A stretch of DNA of 64,000 nucleotides. It comes from Candidatus Latescibacterota bacterium. Its GTDB lineage: Bacteria > Latescibacterota > UBA2968 > UBA8231. The stretch is taken from positions 4,576,001-4,640,000 of the forward strand of contig OZ241362.1 of the NCBI GenBank assembly GCA_965200315.1, given 5' to 3'. The first letter of the stretch is position 1, and each line of letters opens with the position of its first letter. A program made the position numbers and the translations under genes. This document shows, one piece after another, positions 18,671 to 29,116 of the stretch. The notes beneath the pieces are model-generated. The model had not been told where the DNA came from. It was given only the letters and a program-made list of their open reading frames with translations, and ran no database searches.

Positions 18671-19588
18671 GTATTACAATGGATTCTTGTAAAGACACCC
18701 CATGTCGCTGAGGATTTACTTTCCATTTATCGCCTCTCTGTCGTAGCACTTCCAATGAATAAGATTTAAAGCCAATCGAGCAGCCTATTTCTCCTATTAG
18801 TCTATCAGTAGGGATATGAACACCATAAGGAGCAGAATCACCCAATACAAATAAAGCACTGGAATTAGGCTTTAGTACTCTATATACCTCCTTTATTACC
18901 TTGTAAATATCGTTAAAATATCCAATCACCATAAGATCATAGCTCTTCTTTCCTCCTTTGACTTTTCTAATTTTACTCAGCTTATTCGCTGCCGCTTGTA
19001 TGAATTGAGCTATTTCAGGACTGTTTGTTTTGATCTCTTCGTCTAGTAAGTACTTAGGGTCGCTCCTCGATATTTGGGTTGTAGCGGACGTCATCAATTT
19101 AGATCGTACTTTATCCGTAATATCCTTCCAGTTTTTTGCCAATCCCCAAAAGTAAAGTTCCAGTCGAGTTCTATCAGAGTAATCAAAATTGTTCAAATAT
19201 GGAGGAGAAGTGAATACATGGTCCACGCTCTCGTCAGATAGGTACGCCGATACATCTGTAGAGCTACCAAAAATCAAGCGGTGTTTTGATTTTAGATACT
19301 TTCTATCAGCTTGTCTTTTCATGTCGGTGAGATCGTCTAGCATGGACATTGCAAGTGCGTTAAATTCCAGTAGAGCATCTTTATCTTCAGAGGTTATTTT
19401 TTCTTTTTTGGGCGCAATATAGGGCCATCCTGTTGCAGCACTGGAAATTTCTCTAAGCAACGCCGTCAACACTACAAAGAGGAACATATTTTCCTTTTGA
19501 TGAGATTCATAATCATAGTATATTTTTTGCAAGGTGAAAAGTTTACTCAATGTCTCTTTTTTATAACACTTTAATACTAATTCTGGAA
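18657..19588 (-). pseudogene. DNA methyltransferase (N4-C/N6-A type), C-terminal part, interrupted by IS1595 element
   Basis: VFTSPPYLNNFDY catalytic motif IV, VYRVLKP, LGDS; low GC. Confidence 0.88.
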
Positions 19589-19644
19589 GGCAATTAGTAT
19601 TTAAGGGCTTGACTGTCCCTTGATTCTCTAGTACTTTCCTCTGT

Positions 19645-20155
19645 ATGAACAGAGTTAGACTTGGCGATATTTGTACCGTCCGCAAGGGGGCTGCTCCGAC
19701 CGCCTTTGATGGAGATATACCCTATCTGACGATGGAGTACCTTCGCGGGGAAAAAAACGAACCTCCGCTAGTCAAACCCGATTCTAATAGCCTTCTGGCG
19801 TCCGATGGAGACATCCTACTGCTATGGGATGGGGCAAACGCTGGGGACTTTATACGAGCCAAGAGAGGCGTAGTATCTTCGACGGTTGCCCTGCTTAATC
19901 CCAATACTCAAATCGTTGATCTTGACTTTTTCTACGCAGCCTGTAAGAGAAAAAGCAACAAGAACGGGTACTACGATCCCCCACGTACATGGGAAATCTC
20001 TTGCAACTATCCTCTTCGATCTACCCCCCCTCTCCGAACAACAAGTTATAGCGGAACTATTGGGGAAAGCCCGTCAAAGCGTTGAATTAGCCCAGCAGCT
20101 AACCGAAAAATACCGACTACAAGAAAAAGCACTAAGGAAACGTTTGATACCATGA
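19645..20155 (+). pseudogene. hsdS: Single-TRD (half) type I RM specificity subunit HsdS, frameshifted near 19945
   Basis: VRLGDICTVRKG...IPYL...GDILLLWDG, then in the +1 frame GTTIPHV...LPPLSEQQVIAELL. Confidence 0.75.
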
Positions 20156-20222
20156 GAAAGCCCGTAGAAGGTGCGAACTTCTACGGGCTAAGTACTACCC
20201 CTAACCAACAGAAAGGACGACG

Positions 20223-20474
20223 ATGGCGATTGTGCCAATTACGGGGAAAAATCTCTTGCATGTACTAGCCGAGATGGGGATAGAAAAACAATTTCAAATC
20301 TATAAGGCAGGAGAGATTCGCGTTTTGCCTGTTGAGCCGGACCCTGCTTCTCACTTTTTGCTGTCTTTCGATGAATGCCACTATTTGATTCCTCGAAATG
20401 AGGCTCTTGTACTGGCTGATTTTTTTGCAAATTACCACCAGAACCACCCTGCTGAGGAGCAGTCATTTGATTGA
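20223..20474 (+). CDS. Hypothetical passenger protein of the IS1595 element
   Basis: AAAGGA RBS, 83-aa ORF inside the IRs. Confidence 0.55.
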   Translation: MAIVPITGKNLLHVLAEMGIEKQFQIYKAGEIRVLPVEPDPASHFLLSFDECHYLIPRNEALVLADFFANYHQNHPAEEQSFD

Positions 20475-20484
20475 CTCCGTATGG

Positions 20485-21357
20485 CTACGCAAAGCAGGCC
20501 CGCAAGAAACCGTTGAAGGCGTCGGCGTCTTTGCGGTGGTTGTATTTCCAGACCGCTTCTGCTACGAACAAGGGCGACCAACCTTTCGTGTACTTATGAT
20601 GCGAGCCGTACCAAGCGCGTTTGAGCAACGACCAAAAGCCTTCAATGGTATTGGTGTGTAGGGTCTTGTTGCTGGCGTCAACGTATTCCTCGGTGCGGTG
20701 GTTGACGGTGCGGTGCGGCATCAGCTTGTGAGCGTTGAAATAAACCGTGTACTCGTCCGTAATCAACGACGATTCTTCTACCTCGACAGACTGCGCGATA
20801 AAGTCCAAGACGGTCGCGGCCTTAGTGTCGTCTGGTACAGCGGCTTTGACGCGCCCCCCGCGCTGGACGGCTCCAACGACGGGCGTTTTGCCAGTACCGC
20901 GCCCGCGCTTGTTGTTGTCGTTCTTGTAGCGAGGCTTACCGCCTACATACGTTTCGTCGGCCTCGATGATGCCGCGCAGTAGGGCCTTTTCGTCCGATGC
21001 CATAGCGGCGCGAATCCGCTGTTGCATGAACCACGCGCTTTTCTGGTTGAGTTCCAGATCGCGGGCTAGCTGGCAACTCGACAAGCTCTTTTTGGCGTTG
21101 GCCATTAGCGAGATGGCCAAGAACCACTTTTGCAGCGGGATTTTGGTCCCCTGAAAAATGGTTTGGGACAAGACATTAAAACTAGAATGGCAGCCGTGGC
21201 AGTTCCAGCGGCCTACACGCTCATTCTCCGCTTTGCGGGCAACGTCACAATCGCCGCACAACGGGCAATAGGGGGCATTATTCCAGCGGATTTGCTCTAG
21301 ATGAGCGATGCAAGCGGCTTGGTCGGGGTACTGATTGAAGATGCTTATTAGGTTCAT
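20485..21357 (-). CDS. IS1595-family (ISXO2-like DDE) transposase
   Basis: CPLCG...WNCHGC zinc ribbon, EADETYVGG, ITDEY, HTNTIEGFWSLLKR; GGAGG RBS. Confidence 0.95.
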   Translation of the reverse strand: MNLISIFNQYPDQAACIAHLEQIRWNNAPYCPLCGDCDVARKAENERVGRWNCHGCHSSFNVLSQTIFQGTKIPLQKWFLAISLMANAKKSLSSCQLARDLELNQKSAWFMQQRIRAAMASDEKALLRGIIEADETYVGGKPRYKNDNNKRGRGTGKTPVVGAVQRGGRVKAAVPDDTKAATVLDFIAQSVEVEESSLITDEYTVYFNAHKLMPHRTVNHRTEEYVDASNKTLHTNTIEGFWSLLKRAWYGSHHKYTKGWSPLFVAEAVWKYNHRKDADAFNGFLRACFA

Positions 21358-21431
21358 TTTCGTACCTCCTTTAACTACTATAAAGATAGGAAAATAAAGA
21401 AGATATGGCAAGCCCTTAAATACTAATTGCC

Positions 21432-21869
21432 TTACGGAAAGTAATTAGAGAGAGAAAAATTAGTAGCTTCAGTTAAAGCACTGTACCAGGATTCAAAATT
21501 TGTATTTAGGTGATGGATAAATTTTCTGATCTCCTTTTCGTCAACCTCCCATTCCATTTTTGCCTTTGCTATTTCGTACACAAAAGGATGAGCTTCAGTG
21601 CCTATGGAGTCGATACCCATTGACTTGGCAGTTACGTTCGTTGTTCCCGATCCCATGAAGGGATCGTAAACGACCATGCCTTTGGCAATTTTGAACCGCT
21701 CAAATGAATGCGCTACGGCCTTATATGAAAATCCGGCAGGATAGGTAAACCATCGATGAACAGGTGCTCTGAGGCTATCCTTAAACGTTCCCCAGCTTTT
21801 AACAGCGTCTTCCTTCACATCAGAAGTCTCATCTGCAAAAAGCGATAACTGGCTGACGTAAGTGCTCAA
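21432..21869 (-). pseudogene. DNA methyltransferase, N-terminal part
   Basis: HRWFTYPAGFS and VYDPFMGSGTT (SAM-binding motif I); ends at the IS boundary. Confidence 0.88.
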
Positions 21870-22096
21870 AATATCCCTCCATACCCCTTGGTATTGGGCC
21901 TTTTTTATGTTTCAATCCTCGGGATTACTTCATCCATTGTGTAGTGGACGAATTGACACTTAAGTTCGGTGAGCTCGTAAGGTTTAGTATCATCAAAAGC
22001 TGATGTCATGACTCTAGAAGAAGAGCGCGACCTACCAAGTGTAGAGTAGTTTATGAAAAACCTTCTGATGCGCAAGTATCTCATAAAAAGCGGAGA

Positions 22097-22816
22097 TTAC
22101 GCTGGATAAAGCGCATCTACGATCATGCGCAGCGACAAAAGCGTGATCACTATCCTGAAGCCCTTGCGAAAGAGGCTTTCGGAAACCCGGTCGCGCAAGC
22201 ACGTCCCACACCACGAGCCAAGCGCGGCCGCGCCAATCATCCCGGCGATAAGCGGCAAGTAGGGTGCGAAGGCAAAGCCGACAAAGCCGAAGACTAGGAT
22301 TTTGCACAGGTGGGTGACGGTCATTACCGTGCCGTGGGTAATGACCAACCGGTCCTTGGGCAAACCCGCGCTGGCTAAGAAGGCACCGGTCAGGGGCCCC
22401 GCGACGCCGACGAAGAGGGCGAGGAAGGTTTGGAGAGCACCGAAAATGGCAAAGTGGCCGGGGAGGCGAAAGGCGCGGCTGGGCACGGGGACCCAAATGA
22501 CGAGGAGGATGAAGACGCCCATGTACAGAGGCAGATCGTCGAAGCTAAAGCTGTCGACTACCTGCGCCCCCACCACAGCGCCGAGGAGTGCGCCGCCCGA
22601 GAAGGGCCAGAAGATGCGCCATTCGATGTGGCGCAGGCCAAAGAATACGCGGCTGGCGTTGGAGGCTAGCTGTACGGCACCGTGGACGGGGATGATGGCC
22701 GCGGTGGGCAGCAAGCCCGGCATGACCGAGATCAGCGCGATGCCACCGCCCACGCCGATGATGGCGGTAAAGGTGGAGGTTAGGAAAGAGACGCCGATCA
22801 GGAAAAAGGGATCCAT
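22097..22816 (-). CDS. TSUP (TauE/SafE) family membrane transporter
   Basis: GVGGG motif, ~8 TM helices, FVGVAGP. Confidence 0.88.
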   Translation of the reverse strand: MDPFFLIGVSFLTSTFTAIIGVGGGIALISVMPGLLPTAAIIPVHGAVQLASNASRVFFGLRHIEWRIFWPFSGGALLGAVVGAQVVDSFSFDDLPLYMGVFILLVIWVPVPSRAFRLPGHFAIFGALQTFLALFVGVAGPLTGAFLASAGLPKDRLVITHGTVMTVTHLCKILVFGFVGFAFAPYLPLIAGMIGAAALGSWCGTCLRDRVSESLFRKGFRIVITLLSLRMIVDALYPA

Positions 22817-23842
22817 TTAGTCGGAGAGAACCTCTTGGGCATAGGCGAACAGAGCCGGGTTGCCGCCAGTGTGCAGGAAGATCGCCTCGCCGTCGAGCCG
22901 GCCGTCGCGTACGTGGGCAAAAAGGCCGGCGAGGGCCTTGCTGGTGTACACGGGATCGAGGAGAATGCCCTCCTTGCGTGCTAAAGTGCGCAGGGCATCC
23001 AAGCCGGCGGGGGTGGGGATGCCGTACCCCTCGCCGACGAAGGAATCGTCGTTGTCAAAGTCGGCGGCGCTCATGGCAACGCCGAGGCCGAGGCGGCGAG
23101 CGGCTTGGTTGGCAATGGCAGCCATGTCCTCGCGGCGGTTCTCGACGTTGGCGATTGGGCAGAAGCCGCGCACTTGGATCGGCGATTCGATACAGGCCAA
23201 GCCCAAGGCCACGCCGGCTTGGGTGGTGTCGAGGGCGGAGAGGTAGAGGTAGGATGGGTTGATGCCTTGCTCTTGGCATTGGCGGGCAATCTCTACGCCC
23301 ACCTCGGCATAGGCGATGGCGTCGAGGTCGACCGCATCTTCGCGGCGCGGCCAGTACGCGTTTTTCCCCTGTGAGGAAAGCTCCTCGACTTTGGCTTGTA
23401 GCGCGTCTTGTTGGCGGTGCCGATGGCCTTCCGCTAGGACGGTGATCTGTGCGCCGAGTAGGTGCTGTAGCAGGTTGTTGCCTTGCGATTCAGTGTGGTC
23501 GATTGTGCGCACCGGCCGGAGGATCAGGTGCAGTTCCAAGTCTAGCTTGGCGCAGGCCGCGGCGAGTTGGCGGCAGTAGTTGGACTGTACCGCCGCGCCG
23601 GAAACGATGGTGTCGGCCCCCTTGGCCAAAGCGTCGGCCAAGGCAAACTCGAACATCCGCGTCTTGTTGCCGCCAAACGCCAGACCGGTCAGGTCATCGC
23701 GCTTGATGTAGAGCGCCGGGCTGTCGAGGTGATCAGTCAGGCGCGGGAGCGGCTCCAGCGGGGTCGGGCGGATGGAGGCTAGTCGGACGCGAGGTAGCTC
23801 GGCAATGGCTGCGGTAAGGGCGTTCGCTTTTGCAGCGTTCAT
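22817..23842 (-). CDS. D-cysteine desulfhydrase/ACC deaminase family PLP enzyme
   Basis: KRDDLTGLAFGGNKTR, QSN, LLDPVYTSK, FLHTGG. Confidence 0.9.
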   Translation of the reverse strand: MNAAKANALTAAIAELPRVRLASIRPTPLEPLPRLTDHLDSPALYIKRDDLTGLAFGGNKTRMFEFALADALAKGADTIVSGAAVQSNYCRQLAAACAKLDLELHLILRPVRTIDHTESQGNNLLQHLLGAQITVLAEGHRHRQQDALQAKVEELSSQGKNAYWPRREDAVDLDAIAYAEVGVEIARQCQEQGINPSYLYLSALDTTQAGVALGLACIESPIQVRGFCPIANVENRREDMAAIANQAARRLGLGVAMSAADFDNDDSFVGEGYGIPTPAGLDALRTLARKEGILLDPVYTSKALAGLFAHVRDGRLDGEAIFLHTGGNPALFAYAQEVLSD

Positions 23843-23859
23843 GTGGTGCATTCCTTTGG

Positions 23860-24969
23860 TCAATCTTCGGCGAGCTCAGCCGAGCCGTCGAAGCCTTGGG
23901 GCGGCAGTTGGGAGAGGGGGTTCTGGCGGTGACACTCTTCGATGACGGCGATCTGGACGCGCACCTGTTGCGGCGTGATCTCGGGTTGGGCTGCTTCCCG
24001 CAATGCGGCGAATACACAGTCGTAATAGGCGTTGGACATATAGGCAAATGCGTTTTGTTCGGCCTTATTCGGGGTCCAAGACTGCTCGATCATTTTTAGC
24101 TCTTCTCGGCAATAGCTCGGGCCGGGCAGTGGGCTGCGGATGAGCGTTTGCTCGGGTGCCGTTTGCGGATCGTAGTAGCGCCAAGTCAGCTCCGCCGGGC
24201 CGCCGGAGAGGCCGCCGCGCTCGCCGTGGACGGTGTACATGGGCTGCGGGAAGGCGGTGCAGGAAGAAATTTCCACGTCGATGACTGGTTGGTCTGTGGT
24301 GCGCAGCAGAATTTTGACGTAGTCCTCGGCGTCGCCGAAGGTGTTGGCGCGATCCATGGCACAGAGAATGTGGTCCGGCATGTTAAAATCGAGCAGGCGC
24401 ATGGCTTGATCCATGGGGTGCGGGCCGGTGTTGAGCAGGTTGCCGCCCCGGTATTCCTGCAAGGTCTGCCAGTCCCAGCGGCGGGCAAAACCGCTGAAGG
24501 AGATCGAGACTTGGACGATGCGGCCGAGGACGCCCGAAGCAATGACTTGGAGCATCTTTTGGAATGCGGGAGCGTTGCGCGACTGCTGGAAGGGCAGCAG
24601 CAGGCGATCGGCCTTGTGAGCAGCGGCGATCATGGTGTCGAGTTCGGCCACGCTCGCGGCGAGAGGTTTTTCGCATACGGTGTGGTGGCCGTTGTTGAGG
24701 GAATCGATAGTGGCTTGAGGATGGAGGTGGCTGGGCAGGGCGTTGACGATTAGGTCGATATCGCCGCGGCCAAGGAGGTCTCGGTAGTCGGCGTAGGTGT
24801 CGCAGCCCATTTCGCTTTGGGCGCGCTGACAGCGGTCGTCAAGGAGGTCGGCGACGGCGACTATTTGGTATTTGTGCGGGGCGGTCTTGAAGTAGCGGCA
24901 GTGGATGTCGAGGCCGGAACGACCTTGGCCGAGAACGGCGACGCGGATGGGGTCTTTTTGTGTAGGCAA
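23860..24969 (-). CDS. Gfo/Idh/MocA oxidoreductase
   Basis: VAVLGQGRSG, CEKP, GGNLLNTGPH; start probably TTG at 24969. Confidence 0.9.
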   Translation of the reverse strand: MPTQKDPIRVAVLGQGRSGLDIHCRYFKTAPHKYQIVAVADLLDDRCQRAQSEMGCDTYADYRDLLGRGDIDLIVNALPSHLHPQATIDSLNNGHHTVCEKPLAASVAELDTMIAAAHKADRLLLPFQQSRNAPAFQKMLQVIASGVLGRIVQVSISFSGFARRWDWQTLQEYRGGNLLNTGPHPMDQAMRLLDFNMPDHILCAMDRANTFGDAEDYVKILLRTTDQPVIDVEISSCTAFPQPMYTVHGERGGLSGGPAELTWRYYDPQTAPEQTLIRSPLPGPSYCREELKMIEQSWTPNKAEQNAFAYMSNAYYDCVFAALREAAQPEITPQQVRVQIAVIEECHRQNPLSQLPPQGFDGSAELAED

Positions 24970-25096
24970 TTTGGGTGGCTCCGTGTAGAGATGGGCGTTT
25001 ATGTTGGGGGTTGAGCGGAAGGGTGTCAAGAGTTTGTTAAGGGGAGTTGGGATGCGTAGTTTACGTGGCGGCAGAGGATGATAGCGAAAGAAAAAC

Positions 25097-25855
25097 ATGA
25101 AGCACGTCCGTCTCGATGAGTTAGACCAAGAAGGGTGCCCGGTCTTTGCCGGGTTGCGGCCAGAGACGCCGTGGTCGGCATTCGACTACTGGGTATTGGC
25201 ACCGGGGGAAATGCGCCCGGTCGCCGGTGCAGGAATAGCTTGTGAACAGGGCTATGTGTTTACAGGCGGGCCGGTGGAATTGACCGTGGGGCAGCAGCGA
25301 GTAGAAAGCGGAGAAGGGGCCGGGTTTTTCGTCGAACCTACCAGATGCGCTCACGAGTTGAAAAATTTGACCGACCTGTTTGTGAGTGTGCTACGAGTGC
25401 GCGTCGCAATGGACGTAGATTCAGAGGCGAAGCAAGGCGTGCAGCCCAAGATCGGCACCTTTGACGAGCAAGCGCTAAAGTGGCGCGACGCAATCCACGG
25501 CGGCTGCGGGCAAATCGCCACCCGGCACGTGCTCTCGCCCGATGACTTCAATAGCGATTGGACTTTTCTCGATCACGCTATCCTCGACGCGGGGGGATCG
25601 GTGGGGTATCACTATCACGATTTTCTCGAAGAGAGCTTTGTGGTGCTGAGGGGACAGGGGCTGATGACGATTGCCGACGAGACCTTTGCGGTGGGGCCGG
25701 GGTCGGTTACTTGGCAGGGAATTGGGCAGGGGCACGGCATCTACAATCTCGGTTCAGAAAAGCTGGAGTTTGTACGCATCGCCGTGAAACAAACATACGA
25801 AGAGTACACGACCATTGACTTGCACGACGATTTGTCGGCGCGGCGACCACGGTGA
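25097..25855 (+). CDS. Bicupin protein
   Basis: Two cupin-like modules; HYHDFLEESFVVLRG...GHGIYN. Confidence 0.8.
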   Translation: MKHVRLDELDQEGCPVFAGLRPETPWSAFDYWVLAPGEMRPVAGAGIACEQGYVFTGGPVELTVGQQRVESGEGAGFFVEPTRCAHELKNLTDLFVSVLRVRVAMDVDSEAKQGVQPKIGTFDEQALKWRDAIHGGCGQIATRHVLSPDDFNSDWTFLDHAILDAGGSVGYHYHDFLEESFVVLRGQGLMTIADETFAVGPGSVTWQGIGQGHGIYNLGSEKLEFVRIAVKQTYEEYTTIDLHDDLSARRPR

Positions 25856-25978
25856 GCAATACTTCAAGAACGATCTGTTTCTGGCTCAGGATAGGGATTG
25901 AAAATAATAACCTTAAGGTCATAAATTACGCGCCAGCGGGGCCAGATTAGCCCTTTCTCGATAAAGGAGCCGTTTGCA

Positions 25979-26962
25979 ATGGCAGCAAAAACCACAAACC
26001 ACGCCGATACAGTACAGCGCATGGCCGAGGCCGCCGGCAATTTGCTCGCATCACTCGATGAAGCGGCGCGGCAGAAGGCGGTGATCAGCTTTGCCGACAG
26101 CACAGAGCGCGAAAACTGGCACTATGTGCCAAGGGAGCGCGCCGGATTGCCGCTAAAGGAAATGGACGAGCGCCAGCGCGAGCTAGCGCACTCGCTAGTA
26201 GCGACCGGGGTCAGCGCGTCGGGGTACGAAAAAGTCTCGACGATCATTGCGCTGGAGCCCATACTGGCCGAATTGGAGGGGGCCGGGCGGCGTTTCCAGC
26301 GCGATCCCGAGCTGTACTACGTGAGCATTTTCGGCGAGCCGGGTGGAGACGCACCTTGGGGCTGGCGCTTTGAAGGGCACCACGTCTCGCTCAACCACAC
26401 GGTAGTGGAAGGCCGGCTGGGATCGACGCCGTTGTTTTTTGGCTCCAATCCCGCCGAGGTGCGCCACGGCGAGCAAACTGGGCTGCGGGCTTTGCGGGCG
26501 GAGGAAGATCTGGGACGCCAGCTTTTACACGAGTTAGACGGCGAGCAGAAAGCAGTGGCCATCATCAGTGCCGAAGCACCAAGGGATATCCTCACGACCA
26601 ACGTGCCCCACGTGCGCGGCGAAGTCGAACCGGAGGGCTTGGGCAGTGCGGACATGAGCACTGCGCAGCGTCAGATATTGGACGCCTTACTTGAAGTGTA
26701 CGTACGACGCTTGCCCGAAGCAGTGGCCGAAGCCGAATGGGCGCGGCTCGGAGCAGCATACTTTCGGGCGGCGCACTTTGCTTGGGCTGGCGCAGCAGAA
26801 CGGGGTGGGCCGCACTACTACCGAGTACAGGGGCCGAGTTTCCTCGCCGAGTACGACAACACCCAAAACGACGCCAACCACATCCACGCGGTCTGGCGCA
26901 ACCTAAACAACGATTTCGGCGAGGATCTGCTCAGGCGACACTATCGGCAGAACCATCGGTGA
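25979..26962 (+). CDS. DUF3500 family protein
   Basis: WHYVP, WGWRFEGHHVSLN, YYRVQGP...EYDN...NHIH.VWR..NDFG. Confidence 0.9.
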   Translation: MAAKTTNHADTVQRMAEAAGNLLASLDEAARQKAVISFADSTERENWHYVPRERAGLPLKEMDERQRELAHSLVATGVSASGYEKVSTIIALEPILAELEGAGRRFQRDPELYYVSIFGEPGGDAPWGWRFEGHHVSLNHTVVEGRLGSTPLFFGSNPAEVRHGEQTGLRALRAEEDLGRQLLHELDGEQKAVAIISAEAPRDILTTNVPHVRGEVEPEGLGSADMSTAQRQILDALLEVYVRRLPEAVAEAEWARLGAAYFRAAHFAWAGAAERGGPHYYRVQGPSFLAEYDNTQNDANHIHAVWRNLNNDFGEDLLRRHYRQNHR

Positions 26963-26978
26963 ACTTGGAGAGAATTCC

Positions 26979-29093
26979 TTGACCGTTACGGCCGTCTGCG
27001 GTTTACGCGCCGCGTTCTACGAACAATTGCACTGCCGCTACCAGCGCCGCGAGTTCGATAACTGGCAGGTCTGGGGTGGCAACGCGACCATTGAAATCGA
27101 CGGTCGGGTTTGCGGGCCGCCCCTCGCTAGGGCCTATATCGAACCCGGCAAGACAGCGGCTCGCGCTCAGGTGCGCTGCGAACTTTTCGTCGCGGCGATT
27201 GATCTGCACCAAGTCCAGCCGGGAGATGTGGATGCGCGGCTGTGGACCGATGCTAGCGGAGCCAATGATTACGTGGAGATGCGGCTGCTTGTCGATGAAG
27301 AAGGCGTTCCCGTCCTCGCCGGCAACAATCTCGTCTTTGAGTCGGAGGCTTTCGCGTTTGAGCGCACCGGCACCTTTAGCTGCGCAGTGGAGTTTTCCGC
27401 CGATAGCTACGCCGAGGCCGGGCGCAAGGAGTGGATCAGCCTCAACGATCTGGCCGAAAACCGCGACGAGGTCGTCGTCGTTAGCCCGGAGTGGGTGCGC
27501 AAGGGGCCGACGATCGTCGAGGTGTGCGCTCGCAAGGTCGGTGCCGAAGTCAAGGGAGGCCGCTTCTGTTCGGGCCGGCTCGTCGAACTGACGCGGCGCT
27601 TAGAGGACATGCCGGCCGACGTGATCTATCTGCTGCCCTTCTTCCGCCCGGGTTTTGCCGATCTGCACACCGGCGCGGATGTGCGCAAGGGTGCGCTCGG
27701 CAGCGTCTATGCGGTACAGGATTTTTTCCAAGTTGATCCCGAACTGGTTTCGCCGACCGAGGAAGTGGATTGGGAGGCGCTGGTAGCGGAAGGTTTCGTG
27801 CTCCCAAGCGAGATGAAAGGTCTCGCCGGATTGTCGGCGGCTCAAGTGGAAAAGGCACTCGGCCGAGACGCCTTCGTCCAGCTCGTCGGTCGCGCTGAGT
27901 TGCGCTCTCTCACCCGGCGGGCGCACGCCCTCGGCAAGAAGGTCATCTTCGACTTGGTCCTGATGCAGAGCAGCCGCGACTGTCCGCTGATCGCCGAGCA
28001 TCCCGAGTGGTATCTGCGCGACGAGCGCGGGGTGCCGCAAATCCATCAGATCGCCTGGCTGGTCTATTCGGACGTGGCGCTCTTCGACTTGGTTTACAAT
28101 CGGCCGTTACAAGAGTACTTACTGGAGATTGCCCCATATTGGATCGAGCAATGCGGGTTCGACGGAGTGCGGATCGACGCCAGCCAGACCATCGACCGCC
28201 CCTTCCTCAAAAAGCTCAAGAACCGCATTCAAGCTGCCGCGCCCGAGGCGTTGGTGTTGGGCGAGACGCTGTGCCCGCTGACCGAAGCAGTGGATGTCCC
28301 GGCAGATATGATCTACGCGCTCTTAGTTGACTATCACCGCGACGGCGAGCACGCCCAACCCCTCATCGATTTCCTAGAGGAGATGCATCGCACTTTCGCG
28401 CCCGGTACCGTGGCCATGGCCTACTTTGAAAACCACGACAGCCCACGCGCCACCCAAGTGTGGCACGAACGGTTTCGGGAGCTCTTGCAGTGCGACGAGC
28501 AGGCGCGGGACTACTGGCAGGGTCTCACCTGTCCCATCCAGCGAGGAGACCGGGCGTTGCTGATGGCATTGCTCAAGAACCTACAAGCCGCCTTGATCGA
28601 CTGTTCGGCTGGCTCGGCCTCTAAGTGCAATTTGACGCGGGGCTTGGAACTGGGCAGCGAGTGGGGCGAGGAAACGCGCACTGACTTTGAAAACGAAACC
28701 CTCTTGCACTCCGACTGGGCCGAGCGGGAGCCGCACGCCAGCCTAGCGAGGGCTTACGAGCGTCTCTTCGCCCGGCAAAAGGAATGGCCGGAATTTTGCG
28801 ACGGAGAGGTGTACTTCCATCGCAACGAATTCGCCGGCGGCGACCCGGACGACCGCATTCTGGCGTACGTGCGCTATGCTGAGCGGAGTGCGCTTTTAGT
28901 GATACACAACTTCGATCCGCTCACCGTGCGGCGAGCCTCCTACCGCTTCGATTACCTGTCGCAGCCGCCCACATCCCGCCAAAAGTGCTTCGACACGTAC
29001 GAAGCCTTTGCTATTGAGGCCATACCCGCCAACGGCGAGAGCTCGGAGGTCATCCTCATGCCGTTGCAGACGCAGGTGTGGCGACTTTACTGA
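26979..29093 (+). CDS. GH13 alpha-amylase-family glycoside hydrolase
   Basis: GSVYAVQDF, FDGVRIDAS (nucleophile), GETL (acid/base), FENHDSPR. Confidence 0.82.
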   Translation: MTVTAVCGLRAAFYEQLHCRYQRREFDNWQVWGGNATIEIDGRVCGPPLARAYIEPGKTAARAQVRCELFVAAIDLHQVQPGDVDARLWTDASGANDYVEMRLLVDEEGVPVLAGNNLVFESEAFAFERTGTFSCAVEFSADSYAEAGRKEWISLNDLAENRDEVVVVSPEWVRKGPTIVEVCARKVGAEVKGGRFCSGRLVELTRRLEDMPADVIYLLPFFRPGFADLHTGADVRKGALGSVYAVQDFFQVDPELVSPTEEVDWEALVAEGFVLPSEMKGLAGLSAAQVEKALGRDAFVQLVGRAELRSLTRRAHALGKKVIFDLVLMQSSRDCPLIAEHPEWYLRDERGVPQIHQIAWLVYSDVALFDLVYNRPLQEYLLEIAPYWIEQCGFDGVRIDASQTIDRPFLKKLKNRIQAAAPEALVLGETLCPLTEAVDVPADMIYALLVDYHRDGEHAQPLIDFLEEMHRTFAPGTVAMAYFENHDSPRATQVWHERFRELLQCDEQARDYWQGLTCPIQRGDRALLMALLKNLQAALIDCSAGSASKCNLTRGLELGSEWGEETRTDFENETLLHSDWAEREPHASLARAYERLFARQKEWPEFCDGEVYFHRNEFAGGDPDDRILAYVRYAERSALLVIHNFDPLTVRRASYRFDYLSQPPTSRQKCFDTYEAFAIEAIPANGESSEVILMPLQTQVWRLY

Positions 29094-29116
29094 ACCTAAA
29101 CAAGAGGAGTACGAAC

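Larger units (their letters stand above)
19589..21431 (-). mobile_element. IS1595-family transposon with passenger genes (1843 bp)
   Basis: Perfect 23-bp IRs GGCAATTAGTATTTAAGGGCTTG at 19589-19611 and 21409-21431; imperfect 8-bp flanks TTCTGGAA/TTACGGAA; ISXO2-like transposase inside. Confidence 0.92.

Noticed and set aside
19941-19960. Programmed -1 frameshift in the hsdS cargo
   Set aside because: The continuation is in the +1 frame and no canonical slippery heptamer is present; an indel is more likely.
21900-22085. ~59-aa minus-strand ORF upstream of the MTase as a restriction enzyme or controller protein
   Set aside because: No recognisable PD-(D/E)xK or HTH motif; cannot be supported.
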